Source: Eledone cirrhosa (lineage: Eukaryota). Taken from it: DNA of 64,000 bases. A program made the translations under genes and the position numbers. Under the pieces are notes generated by a model, which searched no databases, was not told where the DNA came from, and worked only from the letters and a program-made list of their open reading frames with translations. The stretch covers positions 147,312,001-147,376,000 of the forward strand of contig OZ024742.1 in NCBI GenBank assembly GCA_964016885.1, read 5' to 3'. Of this stretch, positions 1 through 11,902 are shown piece by piece (position 1 is the first letter of the stretch; each line of letters opens with the position of its first letter).

Positions 1-504
1 GCGTGTGTGCATGTGTGCCTCTCTGTGGGCATGTATGCATATATTTGTGTGACTATTTATGTGTGTGAACGTAAGCACACACAAGCTACTCTGTATGTAT
101 ATGTCAGTATCTGTGCGTGTGTGTGTGTGCGAGTGGGAGTGTGAGCTGACAAACAGCAGTAATTTTGGCGATGGGACAGTGGGGGCGCGACAGTGGGGGA
201 GCGACAGCTCACGCCCTGACGGTCAGCGAGCTGATACAAGTGGTCAGAATAATGATGACGTCACTAACCAGTGACCAACCCAAGGACGCGCAAAGCGGAT
301 GAAGGTGGTCGGTATAGGCTCGTAGGGCCAAAAAACCCCAGAAAGAGGATATGATCCCAAATCAATAGACGTGTCCCAGGGATCTGCCAGACTAGAGTCA
401 GGTAGATCCACACACAGATCGCACTTCGAGCTGGTCGCCGGGGAAACAATTGTAACACACAATAAATTGAGTCCCGATGCATCACTGATTTTTCGTTTTC
501 CATC

Positions 505-540
<36 letters not shown>

Positions 541-542
<2 letters not shown>

Positions 543-930
543 AGGCACATGGCTTAGTGGTTAGAGCATTGGGCTTGCAATCGAAAGGTTGTGAATTCAA
601 TTCTCAGACCGAGTGATGTGTTGTTTCCTTGAGCAAGACACTTTATTTCACATTACTCCAGTTTACTCAGCTGTAGAAATGAGATGATAGGCCTGGGGTC
701 CCTATCATTCCACTGTAAAGTGGTCGTGGAGGTGCCATGGCAAAAAAAGGGACCCAGCCCACACTGTAAAGTGGACGTGTAGGCACCACGGAAAAAAAAG
801 CACCCAGCACTCACTGTAAATGAGGTTGGTGTTAGGAAGGGCATCCAGCTGTATAAATCAAGCCAGAATCAGTTCCCGTCCCACCCTTGCAAGCAGGGAA
901 AAGCGGACGTAAAATGATGATGATGATGAT
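541..930 (+). mobile_element. tRNA-derived SINE (family A) with RTE-LINE-derived 3' part and (ATG)n tail
   Basis: A-box TGGCTTAGTGG and B-box-like GAATTCAATTC; the 3' half matches the RTE 3' UTR at ~33293-33445; near-identical copies at 39795, 40057 and 43600. Confidence 0.9.
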
Positions 931-939
931 ATGTCATTA

Positions 940-1250
940 TCATCATGATGATTTTACAAATGCTTTTCCATGCTCTTGTAGTTGGAACGGTTTTCTTCAG
1001 TACAGTATCTTGCATTACTTTGTCATCCACTCTTAACTGTTTCTTTCCATTTCTTCCTTCATCTGCCTCTCCTACAAGTTCCTTTCACCGGTGTTGCTAG
1101 ACACTTCTATACCCAATTGTTCTCCTCCATAAACAACACGTCTGTACCAGCATAAACCTTTGTCTTGTACACCACATGTGATTGCTCATACATCCAGTTT
1201 TTCCCATAGCTTATTTATACTTTATCATTCATGCACATTAACATTCTAAA
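940..1250 (-). mobile_element. Degenerate RTE LINE 3' fragment
   Basis: Reverse complement resembles the C-terminal region of the RTE at 32541-33555 (L.WY.RV motif) and ends in a (CAT)n tail. Confidence 0.6.
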
Positions 1251-1689
1251 GCTGGAACAAATACCTCAAGTCAGCTCATCTGGCACATTAAATGGTTCAA
1301 CAAATCCCCTGCACTTCAGCTGAACTAGACTGGGCTGGTACTTTATTTTATTCACCTCAAAAGGATGAAAGGCAATGTTTGACCTCAGCAGGATTTGAAC
1401 ATAAAGCCTGACTAAATGTCATAAAGAGTTTAGTTGTACACTCTAACCAGGGGCGGTGGAACTGGTGGTGGTAGTGATGATGGTGATCACAATGATGATA
1501 GTGATGATGACATGTAATCCTATTTTAAAGATTTCAGGTAATGTAATGAATGAGATTTGGCTGTGACATAAATCCCTCTCTTGATTATTTCAATGGCAGT
1601 ATCATATCACCATATTGTCAATTTATGTCAACCAAATTATTGTTAGCTTTAACTGTCATAATCAATCTATAGAATAAACAAAGTTTATA

Positions 1690-2640
1690 TTTCAAAGTGG
1701 TACTTGTCTGGCAAGTGTCTTGATTTGAAATGCGTGTTGAAGCAAAAGCAATTACATAGTGAAAGAGTCATTTTAGCCACAGTTGTACTTGTTAAGCAAG
1801 TAACTTTATCCAAGACCACATGTTGAAAGGAAAGCATGTGAATCATGTAAGAGTCATTTTAATTACAGTTTTACATGTCTGGTAAGCGATTTGATCCAAG
1901 ACAGCATATTGAAATGAAAGTAATTACACTATGAAAGAGTCATTTTAACCACAGTTGTATTTGTTAAGCAGATAACTTGATCCAAGACTGTGTGTTGAAA
2001 CTAAAGCAATTACACTGTGAAAGAGTCATTTTAGTTACAATTTTACTTGTTTGGCAAGTGGCTTGATCTGAGACTGTATGTTGAAACTAGAGTAATTACA
2101 GTCAAGAAGAGTAATTTTAACCACAGTTGTACTTGTTACAAAAGTAACTTGATCTGAGATCACTGTCAAAGTGTCAGTTGTACTTGTTTGGTAAGTGACT
2201 TGATCTGAGACTGTGTGTTGAAATAAAAGTAATTACATTGAGAGAGTCATTTTAGCAGCGAAATGGGATTCCTTCGAAGGGTCTTTGGTGTAACGTTACT
2301 TGATAGAGAGTGTAGCTCTGAGATCAGAGATTAGAGAGTCCTCCAGGTAGAGTTGCTACTTCTCCAAATTAAGAGATCACAGCTCTGATACTATGGGAAT
2401 GTGGTTAGAATGTCTCAGGAAATAATCGCTGGACAGATTTTATAGGGAAAAACCAGCTTGGCTGGAAGGAGTGTTTGAGGACTTTGCTCACATGACTTTC
2501 TGAAGAAGAAGAAGAAGAAGAAGAAGAAGAAGAAGAAGAAGAAGAAGAAGAAATCATTTCAGTAACAGCTGTACTAGTTAGCCATGTAACTCGATCTGTC
2601 TAAAACAATTACACAATGGAAGAGTCATGTTAGCCATTCA
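1690..2640. repeat. Degenerate ~82-bp tandem repeat, interrupted by an RTE fragment; related reversed array at ~28080-28400
   Basis: Recurring ACTTGATCCAAGACTGTGTGTTGAAACTAAAG..ATTACA..GAAAGAGTCATTTTA..ACAGTTGTACTTG. Confidence 0.85.
2256..2552 (+). mobile_element. 5'-truncated RTE LINE (second RTE family) with (GAA)n tail
   Basis: Translates to AAKWDSF..RSQL*YYGNVVRMSQE; homologous to 22715-23170, 21395-21960, 47535-47865 and 61925-62190. Confidence 0.8.
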
Positions 2641-3306
2641 AAATCACATAAAAATTCTTAAATTCATTTTACATTGAGCTGTAATGGGACTGTGTCAATG
2701 ACAAGATCACAAATAGTGCAACAAAACTTTTGACACAAAGAAATACATGATAGGAGTAAGTTAAGTTAACAGTTTTCATGTGTTTTTGAATGGTTGAAAT
2801 GACTCTTCCTTGATTTTAAAAGTTTATATTATGAAACCCATTAAAACATATCTGATATCAACCACTGAATCTAGCTCAAACATAGTAACTTTACCTCTTC
2901 TGTTATTGACTCTCTACTCCTTTTTATTCTCCACATTTACTTAAATGCAGAGGCATATCTAGGGTATGGCAAGCATGGCACATGCCATGGGCGTCACATG
3001 AAGGGGGCGCTACCTCGACTAGAAGCACTTTCTATTAAAGTTAGATAAGCTATCGTCAGAGAGTAAAAAAAGAAACTTCTTCAGATGTATGATCTTCTCT
3101 TTGATTATCATGGGTGAGAACACTATGGTGGCTGGATCATTAAACCATTTATATAAATTATTAGGCCCATAGGTAAAAATACAGTGCTAGGAACTACAGA
3201 CACATACCTCATAATATGACATGTCAAATATTTTGATACAGTTTTAATATTTGTCAAAGATCAGTATCACACCCTTTAAACCGTTAAATACGCTAACATT
3301 TTTGCC

Positions 3307-3726
3307 AATATTTCTAATTTACCTACCTTAGAAAAACTATGACTTCTAAGCTGAGGTGTAACAAGGGAAAATAGCACCTATGGCAAACATTGAAATTGCA
3401 CCCCTGCCTATGCAGCAAGCTATGTAGTAGTTGTTAGATAATGGGATTGACAGCACAGTTTAAATAAATGGGGGTTTAGGGTGTTTAACTGCATTTTCAT
3501 TTGTTCTACAGGTATTCTTTACACTTTACGTATACTTAAGTGTAAAGAACACCCTAAACCCTCATTTATTTAAACTGTGCTGTCAATCCCATTATCTAAC
3601 AACTACTACATAGCTTGCTGCATAGGCAGGGGTGCAATTTCAATGTTTGCCATAGGTGCTATTTTCCCTTGTTACACCTCAGCTTAGATGTCATAGTTTT
3701 TCTAAGGTAGGTAAATTAGAAATATT
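3307..3726. repeat. Long palindrome: 179-bp arms (3307-3485 / 3548-3726), 62-bp spacer
   Basis: Direct base comparison shows 2 mismatches between the arms. Confidence 0.95.
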
Positions 3727-3899
3727 TCCTATTGTTCCCTAGTAGGTATGGTAACCAAGATTTCTTGCAGAAGGGAAATGAATGCTGCAATGTTGATACC
3801 CATTTTTGAGGTAGTAGTAACACAACTTTTCTGTTTTATTATTAAAGATAAAGATCAGGATACTGCCCATGGTTCTTTAAGCCTTCTATAACTGGAATA

Positions 3900-4216
3900 A
3901 TGATTGTAGTGTTGGGCTCATGATTGTAAGATCACAAGTTCAATTCCTAGACCAGGGTGTGTGTTATGTTATGTTCTTGAGCAAGGCACTATTTCATGTG
4001 GCTCCAGTCTATTCAGATGGCAAAAATGAATTGTGATGTCACTGGTGTCAAGCTGTATTAGTCTTCCAATTCTCTTGAACAACATCAGTTGCATGGAGAA
4101 GGAAGAATGGAAAACTTGTGTGATTGTTGGTCTTCCATAAAATATCTTGCCTGGACTTGTGGCTTGGAGAGGAAGTTTCCAGGTGCAAAGCTTTGGTCAA
4201 TTATGACTGAGGGGAG
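3900..4216 (+). mobile_element. tRNA-derived SINE (family C); other copies ~35570-35850(+), 29320-29610(-), 49740-50050(-)
   Basis: B-box-like GTTCAATTCC, CTTGAGCAAG.CAC core and shared GATGTCACTGGTG...CCTTGGACAACATC body. Confidence 0.75.
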
Positions 4217-4509
4217 CCACATGTCATGTCATAACTGTAGGTTCTAGAAGGTTTGGGGAAGTTGGTAGTGAAAACTGAATGAGAGTTCTTATGGTTGGTA
4301 TCCAAGTTTGAACACCTACGGGTTCATGATAACTGTGAAAACAGAAACAGAGAATTCCAGTAGGAAGAATTGAGCAGCAAATTAGTATGAAATTTTCGAA
4401 AAGAGGCACAGAAACTGTGACAAAAAGAGAAGTAGAGCGTATACCAGATAGTTTCTATAACACAGATACAAAGGTTGAAAGTTCAGAATAACTATTGTCT
4501 ATAGATAGA

Positions 4510-7500
4510 TGTATGGTAAGACAGTGGCTATAATATAGTGGCTGTAGTGTGGTAAGACAGTAGCTGTAGTGTGATAGGGCAGTGGCTGTAGTGTGGTAGG
4601 TCAGTGGCTGTAGTGTGGTAAGACAGTAGCTGTAGTGTGATAGGGCAGTGGCTGGAGTATTGTAGGTGAGTGGCTGTAGTATGGTAGGTGAGTGGCTGTA
4701 GTATGGTAGGTCAGTGGCTGTAGTGTTGTAGGTGAGTGGCTGTAGTGTGGTAGGTCAGTGGCTGTAATGTGGTAGGTCAGTGGCTGTAGTGAGGTAGGTC
4801 AGTGGCTGTAGTGTTGTAGGTCAGTGGCTGTAGTGTTGTAGGTCAGTGGCTGTAGTGTTGTAGGTGAGTGGCTGTAGTGTGGTAGGTCAGTGGCTGGAGT
4901 GTGGTAGGTCAGTGGCTGTAGTGTGATAGGTCAGTGGCTGTAGTGTGGTGGATCAGTGGATGTAGTGTGGTAGGTCAGTGTCTGTAGTGTGATAGGTCAG
5001 TGACTGAAGTGTGGTAGGTCAGTGGCTGTAGTGTGGTAGGTCAGTGGCTGTAGTGTTGTAGGTCAGTGGCTGCAGTGTGGTAAGACAGTGGCTGTAGTGT
5101 GGTAGGTCAGTGGCTGTAGTCAGGTCGGTCAGTGGCTGTAGTGAGGTAGGTCAGTGACTGTAGTGTGGTGAGACAGTGGCTGCAGTGTGGTAAGACAGTG
5201 GCTGTAGTGTGGTAGGTCAGTGGCTGTAGTGTTGTAGGTCAGTGGCTGTAGTGTGGTAGGTCAGTGACTGAAGTGTGGTAGGTCAGTGGTTGCAGTGTGA
5301 TAGGTCAGTGGCTGTAGTGTGGTGGGTCAGTGGCTGTAGTGTGATAGGTCAGTGGCTGTAGTGTGGTGGGTCAGTGGCTGTAGTGTGGTAGGTCAGTGGC
5401 TGTAATGTGGTAGGTCAGTGGTTGTAGTGTGGTAGGTCAGTGGCTGTAGTGAGGTAGGTCAGTGACTGTAGTGTTGTAGGTCAGTGGCTGTAGTGTGGTG
5501 GGTTAGTGACTGTAGTGTGGTAGGTCAGTGGCTGTAGTGTTGTAGGTCAGTGACTGTAGTGAGATAGGTCAGTGACTGTAGTGTTGTAGGTCAGTGGCTG
5601 TAGTGTGGTGGGTTAGTGGCTGTAGTGAGGTAGGTCAGTGACTGTAGTGTTGTAGGTCAGTGGCTGTAGTGTGGTAGGTCAGTGGCTGTAATGTGGTAGG
5701 TCAGTGGCTGTAGTGTTGTAGGTCAGTGACTGTAGTGAGATAGGTCAGTGGCTGTAGTGAGGTAGGTCAGTGACTGTAGTGTGGTGAGACAGTGGCTGCA
5801 GTGTGGTAAGACAGTGGCTGTAGTGTGGTAGGTCAGTGGCTGTAGTGTGGTAGGTCAGTGGCTGTAGTGAGGTAGGTCAGTGGCTGTAGTGAGGTAGGTC
5901 AGTGGCTGTAGTGTGGTAAGTCAGTGTCTGTAGTGTGGTAGGTCAGTGGCTGTAGTGTGGTAGGTCAGTGGCTGTAGTGTGGTAGGTCAGTGGCTGTAGT
6001 GTGGTGGGTTAGTGGCTGTAGTGTGGTAGGTCAGTGGCTGTAGTGTGATAGGTCAGTGGCTGTAGTGAGGTAGGTCAGTGGCTGTAGTGTGGTATGTCAG
6101 TGGCTGTAGTGTTGTAGGTCAGTGGCTGTAGTGTGGTAGGTCAGTGGCTGTAGTGTGGTAGGTCAGTGGCTGTAGTGTGGTAGGTCAGTGGCTGTAGTGT
6201 GGTAGGTCAGTGTCTGTAGTGTGATAGGTCAGTGTCTGTAGTGTGATAGGTCAGTGACTGTAGTGTGGTAGGTCAGTGGCTGTAGTGTTGTAGGTCAGTG
6301 GCTGTAGTGTGGTAGGTCAGTGGCTTTAGTGTGGTAGGTCAGTGGCTGTAGTGTGGTAGGTCAGTGGCTGTAGTGTGGTAGGTCAGTGGCTGTAGTCAGG
6401 TCGGTCAGTGGCTGTAGTGAGGTAGGTCAGTGGCTGTAGTGTCGCGGGTCAGTGGCTGTTGTGTGATAGGTCAGTGACTGTAGTGTGGTAGGTCAGTGGC
6501 TGTAGTGAGATAGGTCAGTGACTGTAGTGTTGTAGGTCAGTGGCTGCTGTGTGGTAGGTCAGTGGCTGTAGTGTGGTAGGTCAGTGGATGTAGTGAGGTA
6601 GGTCAGTGACTGTAGTGTGGTTGGTCAGTGGCTGTAGTATTGTAGGTGAGTGGCTGTAGTATGGTAGGTCAGTGGCTGTAGTATGGTAGGTCAGTGACTG
6701 TAGTGTTGTAGGTCAGTGACTGAAGTGTGGTAGGTCAGTGGCTGTAGTGTGATAGGTCAGTGGCTGTAGTGTTATAGGTCAGTGGCTGTAGTGTGGTAGG
6801 TCAGTGGCTGTAGTGTGGTGGGTCAGTGGATGTAGTGAGGTAGGTCAGTGACTGTAGTGTGATAGGTCAGTGGCTGTAGTGTGGTGAGACAGTGGCTGTA
6901 GTGTTGTAGGTCAGTGGCTGTAGTGTTGTAGGTCAGTGGCTGTAGTGTGGTAAGACATTGTCTGTAGTGTTGTAGGTCAGTGGCTGTAGTGAGGTAGGTC
7001 AGTGGCTGTAGTGTGGTAGGTCAGTGGCTGTAGTGAGGTAGGTCAGTGACTGTAGTGTTGTAGGTCAGTGGCTCTAGTGAGGTAGGTCAGTGGCTGTAGT
7101 GTGGTTGGTCAGTGGCTGTAGTGTGGTGAGACAGTAGCTGTAGTGTGGTAGGTCAGTGGTTGTAGTGTGGTAGGTCAGTGGCTGTAGTGAGGTAGGTCAG
7201 TGACTGTAGTGTTGTAGGTCAGTGGCTGTAGTGTGGTGGGTTAGTGACTGTAGTGTGGTAGGTCAGTGGCTGTAGTGTTGTAGGTCAGTGACTGTAGTGA
7301 GATAGGTCAGTGACTGTAGTGTTGTAGGTCAGTGGCTGTAGTGTGGTGGGTTAGTGGCTGTAGTGAGGTAGGTCAGTGACTGTAGTGTTGTAGGTCAGTG
7401 GCTGTAGTGTGGTAGGTCAGTGGCTGTAATGTGGTAGGTCAGTGGCTGTAGTGTTGTAGGTCAGTGACTGTAGTGAGATAGGTCAGTGGCTGTAGTGAGG

Positions 7501-10500
7501 TAGGTCAGTGACTGTAGTGTGGTGAGACAGTGGCTGCAGTGTGGTAGGTCAGTGGCTGTAGTGAGGTAGGTCAGTGGCTGTAGTGAGGTAGGTCAGTGGC
7601 TGTAGTGTGGTAAGTCAGTGTCTGTAGTGTGGTAGGTCAGTGGCTGTAGTGTGGTAGGTCAGTGGCTGTAGTGTGGTAGGTCAGTGGCTGTAGTGTGGTG
7701 GGTTAGTGGCTGTAGTGTGGTAGGTCAGTGGCTGTAGTGTGATAGGTCAGTGGCTGTAGTGAGGTAGGTCAGTGGCTGTAGTGTGGTATGTCAGTGGCTG
7801 TAGTGTTGTAGGTCAGTGGCTGTAGTGTGGTAGGTCAGTGGCTGTAGTGTGGTAGGTCAGTGGCTGTAGTGTGGTGGGTTAGTGGCTGTAGTGTGGTAGG
7901 TCAGTGGCTGTAGTGTGATAGGTCAGTGGCTGTAGTGAGGTAGGTCAGTGGCTGTAGTGTGGTATGTCAGTGGCTGTAGTGTTGTAGGTCAGTGGCTGTA
8001 GTGTGGTAGGTCAGTGGCTGTAGTGTGGTAGGTCAGTGGCTGTAGTGTGGTAGGTCAGTGGCTGTAGTGTGGTAGGTCAGTGTCTGTAGTGTGATAGGTC
8101 AGTGTCTGTAGTGTGATAGGTCAGTGACTGAAGTGTGGTAGGTCAGTGGCTGTAGTGTGGTAGGTGAGTGGCTTTAGTGTGGTAGGTCAGTGGCTGTAGT
8201 GTGGTAGGTCAGTGGCTGTAGTGTTGTAGGTCAGTGGCTGTAGTGTGGTACGTCAGTGGCTGTAGTGTGGTAGGTCAGTGGCTGTAGTGTGGTAAGTCAG
8301 TGTCTGTAGTGTGGTAGGTCAGTGGCTGTAGTGTGGTAGGTCAGTGGCTGTAGTGTGGTAGGTCAGTGGCTGTAGTGTGATAAGTCAGTGTCTGTAGTGT
8401 GGTAGGTCAGTGGCTGTAGTGTTGTAGGTCAGTGGCTGTAGTGTGGTAGGTCAGTGGCTTTAGTGTGGTAGGTCAGTGGCTGTAGTGTGGTAGGTCAGTG
8501 GCTGTAGTGTGGTAGGTCAGTGGCTGTAGTGAGGTCGGTCAGTGGCTGTAGTGAGGTAGGTCAGTGGCTGTAGTGTCGCGGGTCAGTGGCTGTTGTGTGA
8601 TAGGTCAGTGACTGTAGTGTGGTAGGTCAGTGGCTGTAGTGAGATAGGTCAGTGACTGTAGTGTTGTAGGTCAGTGGCTGCTGTGTGGTAGGTCAGTGGC
8701 TGTAGTGTGGTAGGTCAGTGGATGTAGTGAGGTAGGTCAGTGACTGTAGTGTGGTTGGTCAGTGGCTGTAGTATTGTAGGTGAGTAGCTGTAGTATGGTA
8801 GGTCAGTGGCTGTAGTATGGTAGGTCAGTGACTGTAGTGTTGTAGGTCAGTGACTGAAGTGTGGTAGGTCAGTGGCTGTAGTGTGATAGGTCAGTGGCTG
8901 TAGTGTTATAGGTCAGTGGCTGTAGTGTGGTAGGTCAGTGGCTGTAGTGTGGTGGGTCAGTGGATGTAGTGAGGTAGGTCAGTGACTGTAGTGTGATAGG
9001 TCAGTGGCTGTAGTGTGGTGAGACAGTGGCTGTAGTGTGATAGGTCAGTGGCTGTAGTGTTGTAGGTCAGTGGCTGTAGTGTGGTAAGACATTGTCTGTA
9101 GTGTTGTAGGTCAGTGGCTGTAGTGAGGTAGGTCAGTGGCTGTAGTGTGGTAGGTCAGTGGCTGTAGTGAGGTAGGTCAGTGACTGTAGTGTTGTAGGTC
9201 AGTGGCTCTAGTGAGGTAGGTCAGTGGCTGTAGTGTGGTTGGTCAGTGGCTGTAGTGTGGTGAGACAGTAGCTGTAGTGTGGTAGGTCAGTGGCTGTAGT
9301 GTGGTATGTCAGTGGCTGTAGTGTGGTAGGTCAGTGGCTGTAGTGTTGTAGGTGAGTGGCTGTAGTGTGGTAGGTCAGTGGCTGTAGTGAGGTAGGTCAG
9401 TGGCTGTAGTGTTGTAGGTGAGTGGCTGTAGTGTGGTAGGTCAGTGGCTGTAGTGTGGTAGGTCAGTGGCTGTAGTGTTGTAGGTGAGTGGCTGTAGTGT
9501 GGTAGGTCAGTGGCTGTAGTGAGGTAGGGTCAGTGACTGTAGTGTTGTAGGTGAGTGGCTGTAGTGTGGTAGGTCAGTGGCTGTAGTGAGATAGGTCAGT
9601 GGCTGTTGTGTGGTAGGTCAGTGGCTGTAGTGTGGTAGGTCAGTGGCTGTAGTGTGGTAGGTCAGTGGCTGTAGTGTGGTAGGTCAGTGGCTGTAGTGTG
9701 ATAGGTCAGTGGCTGTAGTGTTATAGGTCAGTGGCTGTAGTGTGGTAGGTCAGTGGCTGTAGTGAGGTAGGTCAGTGGCTGTAGTGTTGTAGGTGAGTGG
9801 CTGTAGTGTGGTAGGTCAGTGGCTGTAGTGAGGTAGGTCAGTGGCTGTAGTGTTGTAGGTGAGTGGCTGTAGTGTGGTAGGTCAGTGGCTGTAGTGTGGT
9901 AGGTCAGTGGCTGTTGTGTGGTAGGTCAGTGGCTGTAGTGTGGTAGGTCAGTGGCTGTAGTGTGGTAGGTCAGTGGCTGTAGTGTGATAGGTCAGTGGCT
10001 GTAGTCTTATAGGTCAGTGGCTGTAGTGTGGTAGGTCAGTGGCTGTAGTGAGGTAGGTCAGTGGCTGTAGTGTGGTAGGTCAGTGGCTGTAGTGTGGCGG
10101 GTCAGTGGCTGTTGTGTGGTAGGTCAGTGGCTGTAGTGTGGTAGGTCAGTGGCTGTAGTGTGGTATGTCAGTGGCTGTAGTGTGGTAGGTCAGTGGCTGT
10201 AGTGTGGTAGGTCAGTGGCTGTAGTGAGGTAGGTCAGTGACTGTAGTGTGGTATGTCAGTGGCTGTAGTGTGGTAGGTCAGTGGCTGGAGTATTGTAGGT
10301 CAGTGGCTGTAGCGTGGTAGGTCAGTGGCTGTAGTGTTATAGGTCAGTGGCTGTAGTGTGGTAGGTCAGTGGCTGTAGTGAGGTAGGTCAGTGGCTGGAG
10401 TATTGTAGGTCAGTGGCTGTAACGTGGTAGGTCAGTGGCTGTAGTGAGGTAGGTCAGTGGCTGTAGTGTGGTAGGTCAGTGGCTGTAGTGTGGCGGGTCA

Positions 10501-11432
10501 GTGGCTGTTGTGTGGTAGGTCAGTGGCTGTAGTGTGGTAGGTCAGTGGCTGTAGTGTGGTATGTCAGTGGCTGTAGTGTTGTAGGTGAGTGGCTGTAGTG
10601 TGGTAGGTCAGTGGCTGTAGTGAGGTAGGTCAGTGACTGTAGTGTGGTATGTCAGTGGCTGTAGTGTGGTAGGTCAGTGGCTGGAGTATTGTAGGTCAGT
10701 GGCTGTAGCGTGGTAGGTCAGTGGCTGTAGTGTTATAGGTCAGTGGCTGTAGTGTGGTAGGTCAGTGGCTGTAGTGAGGTAGGTCAGTGGCTGGAGTATT
10801 GTAGGTCAGTGGCTGTAACGTGGTAGGTCAGTGGCTGTAGTGAGGTAGGTCAGTGGCTGTAGTGTGGTAGGTCAGTGGCTGTAGTGTGGCGGGTCAGTGG
10901 CTGTTGTGTGGTAGGTCAGTGGCTGTAGTGAGGTAGGTCAGTGACTGTAGTGTGGTATGTCAGTGGCTGTAGTGTGGTAGGTCAGTGGCTGTAGTGTGGC
11001 GGGCCAGTGGCTGTTGTGTGGTAGGTCAGTGGCTGTAGTGTGGTATGTCAGTGGCTGTAGTGTTGTAGGTGAGTGGCTGTAGTGTGGTAGGTCAGTGGCT
11101 GTAGTGAGGTAGGTCAGTGACTGTAGTGTGGTATGTCAGTGGCTGTAGTGTGGTAGGTCAGTGACTGTAGTGTGGCGGGCCAGTGGCTGTTGTGTGGTAG
11201 GTCAGTGGCTGTAGTGTTGTAGGTCAGTGGCTGTAGTGTGGCGGGCCAGTGGCTGTTGTGTGGTAGGTCAGTGGCTGTAGTGTGGCGGGCCAGTGGCTGT
11301 AGTGTGGTAGGTCAGTGGCTGTAGTGTGGTAGGTCAGTGGCTGTAGTGTGGCAGGTCAGTGGCTGTTGTGTGGTAGGTCAGTGGCTGTAGTGTGGTAAGA
11401 CAGTGACTGTAGTGAGGTAGGTCAGTGGCTGG
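4510..11432. repeat. Minisatellite, 22-bp unit GGTCAGTGGCTGTAGTGTGGTA, ~310 copies
   Basis: Period 22 confirmed by coordinates; variant units recur at 2134-bp (97-unit) spacing. Confidence 0.98.
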
Positions 11433-11435
11433 TTG

Positions 11436-11902
11436 TGTTTACATTACAAAGAGATGGTGGTGGGTGGAGTAACGTTACAGAGAGGTGGTTGTGGGTGGTG
11501 TAACGTTACATAGAGGTAGTTGTGGGGGGGGGGTAACATTACAGAGAGATGGTGGTGGGTGGAGTAACGTTTCAGAGAGGCGGTTGTGGGTGGAGTAACA
11601 TTACAGAGAGGCGGTTGTGGGTGGAGTAACATTACAGACAGGTGTTTGTGGGTGGAGTAACATTACAGAGAGATGGTGGTGGGTGGAGTAACATTACAGA
11701 CAGATAGTGGTAGGTGGAGTAACATTACAGAGAGATGGTGGTGGGTGGAGTAACGTTACAGAGAGATGGTGGTGGGTGGAGTAACATTACAGAGAGATGG
11801 TGGTGGGTGGAGTAACATTACAGACAGATAGTGGTGGGTGGAGTAACATTACAGAGAGATGGTGGTGGGTGGAGTAACGTTACAGAGAGATGGTGGTGGG
11901 TG
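11436..11902. repeat. Minisatellite, 31-bp unit GAGTAACATTACAGAGAGATGGTGGTGGGTG, ~15 copies
   Basis: Visible 31-bp periodicity; abuts the 22-bp array. Confidence 0.95.

Noticed and set aside
541-615. tRNA gene (also 24228, 40057)
   Set aside because: A/B boxes are present, but the heads run into SINE bodies and LINE-type tails and are multicopy, one with a clear TSD.
4230-4470. Possible CR1-like LINE remnant on the minus strand
   Set aside because: Motifs are too decayed to support by eye.
4510-11432. CRISPR-like or coding reading of the long arrays (also 50120-58330)
   Set aside because: Units are contiguous with no unique spacers, there are no cas genes, the context is eukaryotic, and the short array ORFs (e.g. 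56845-57030, 11444-11632) are translation artefacts.
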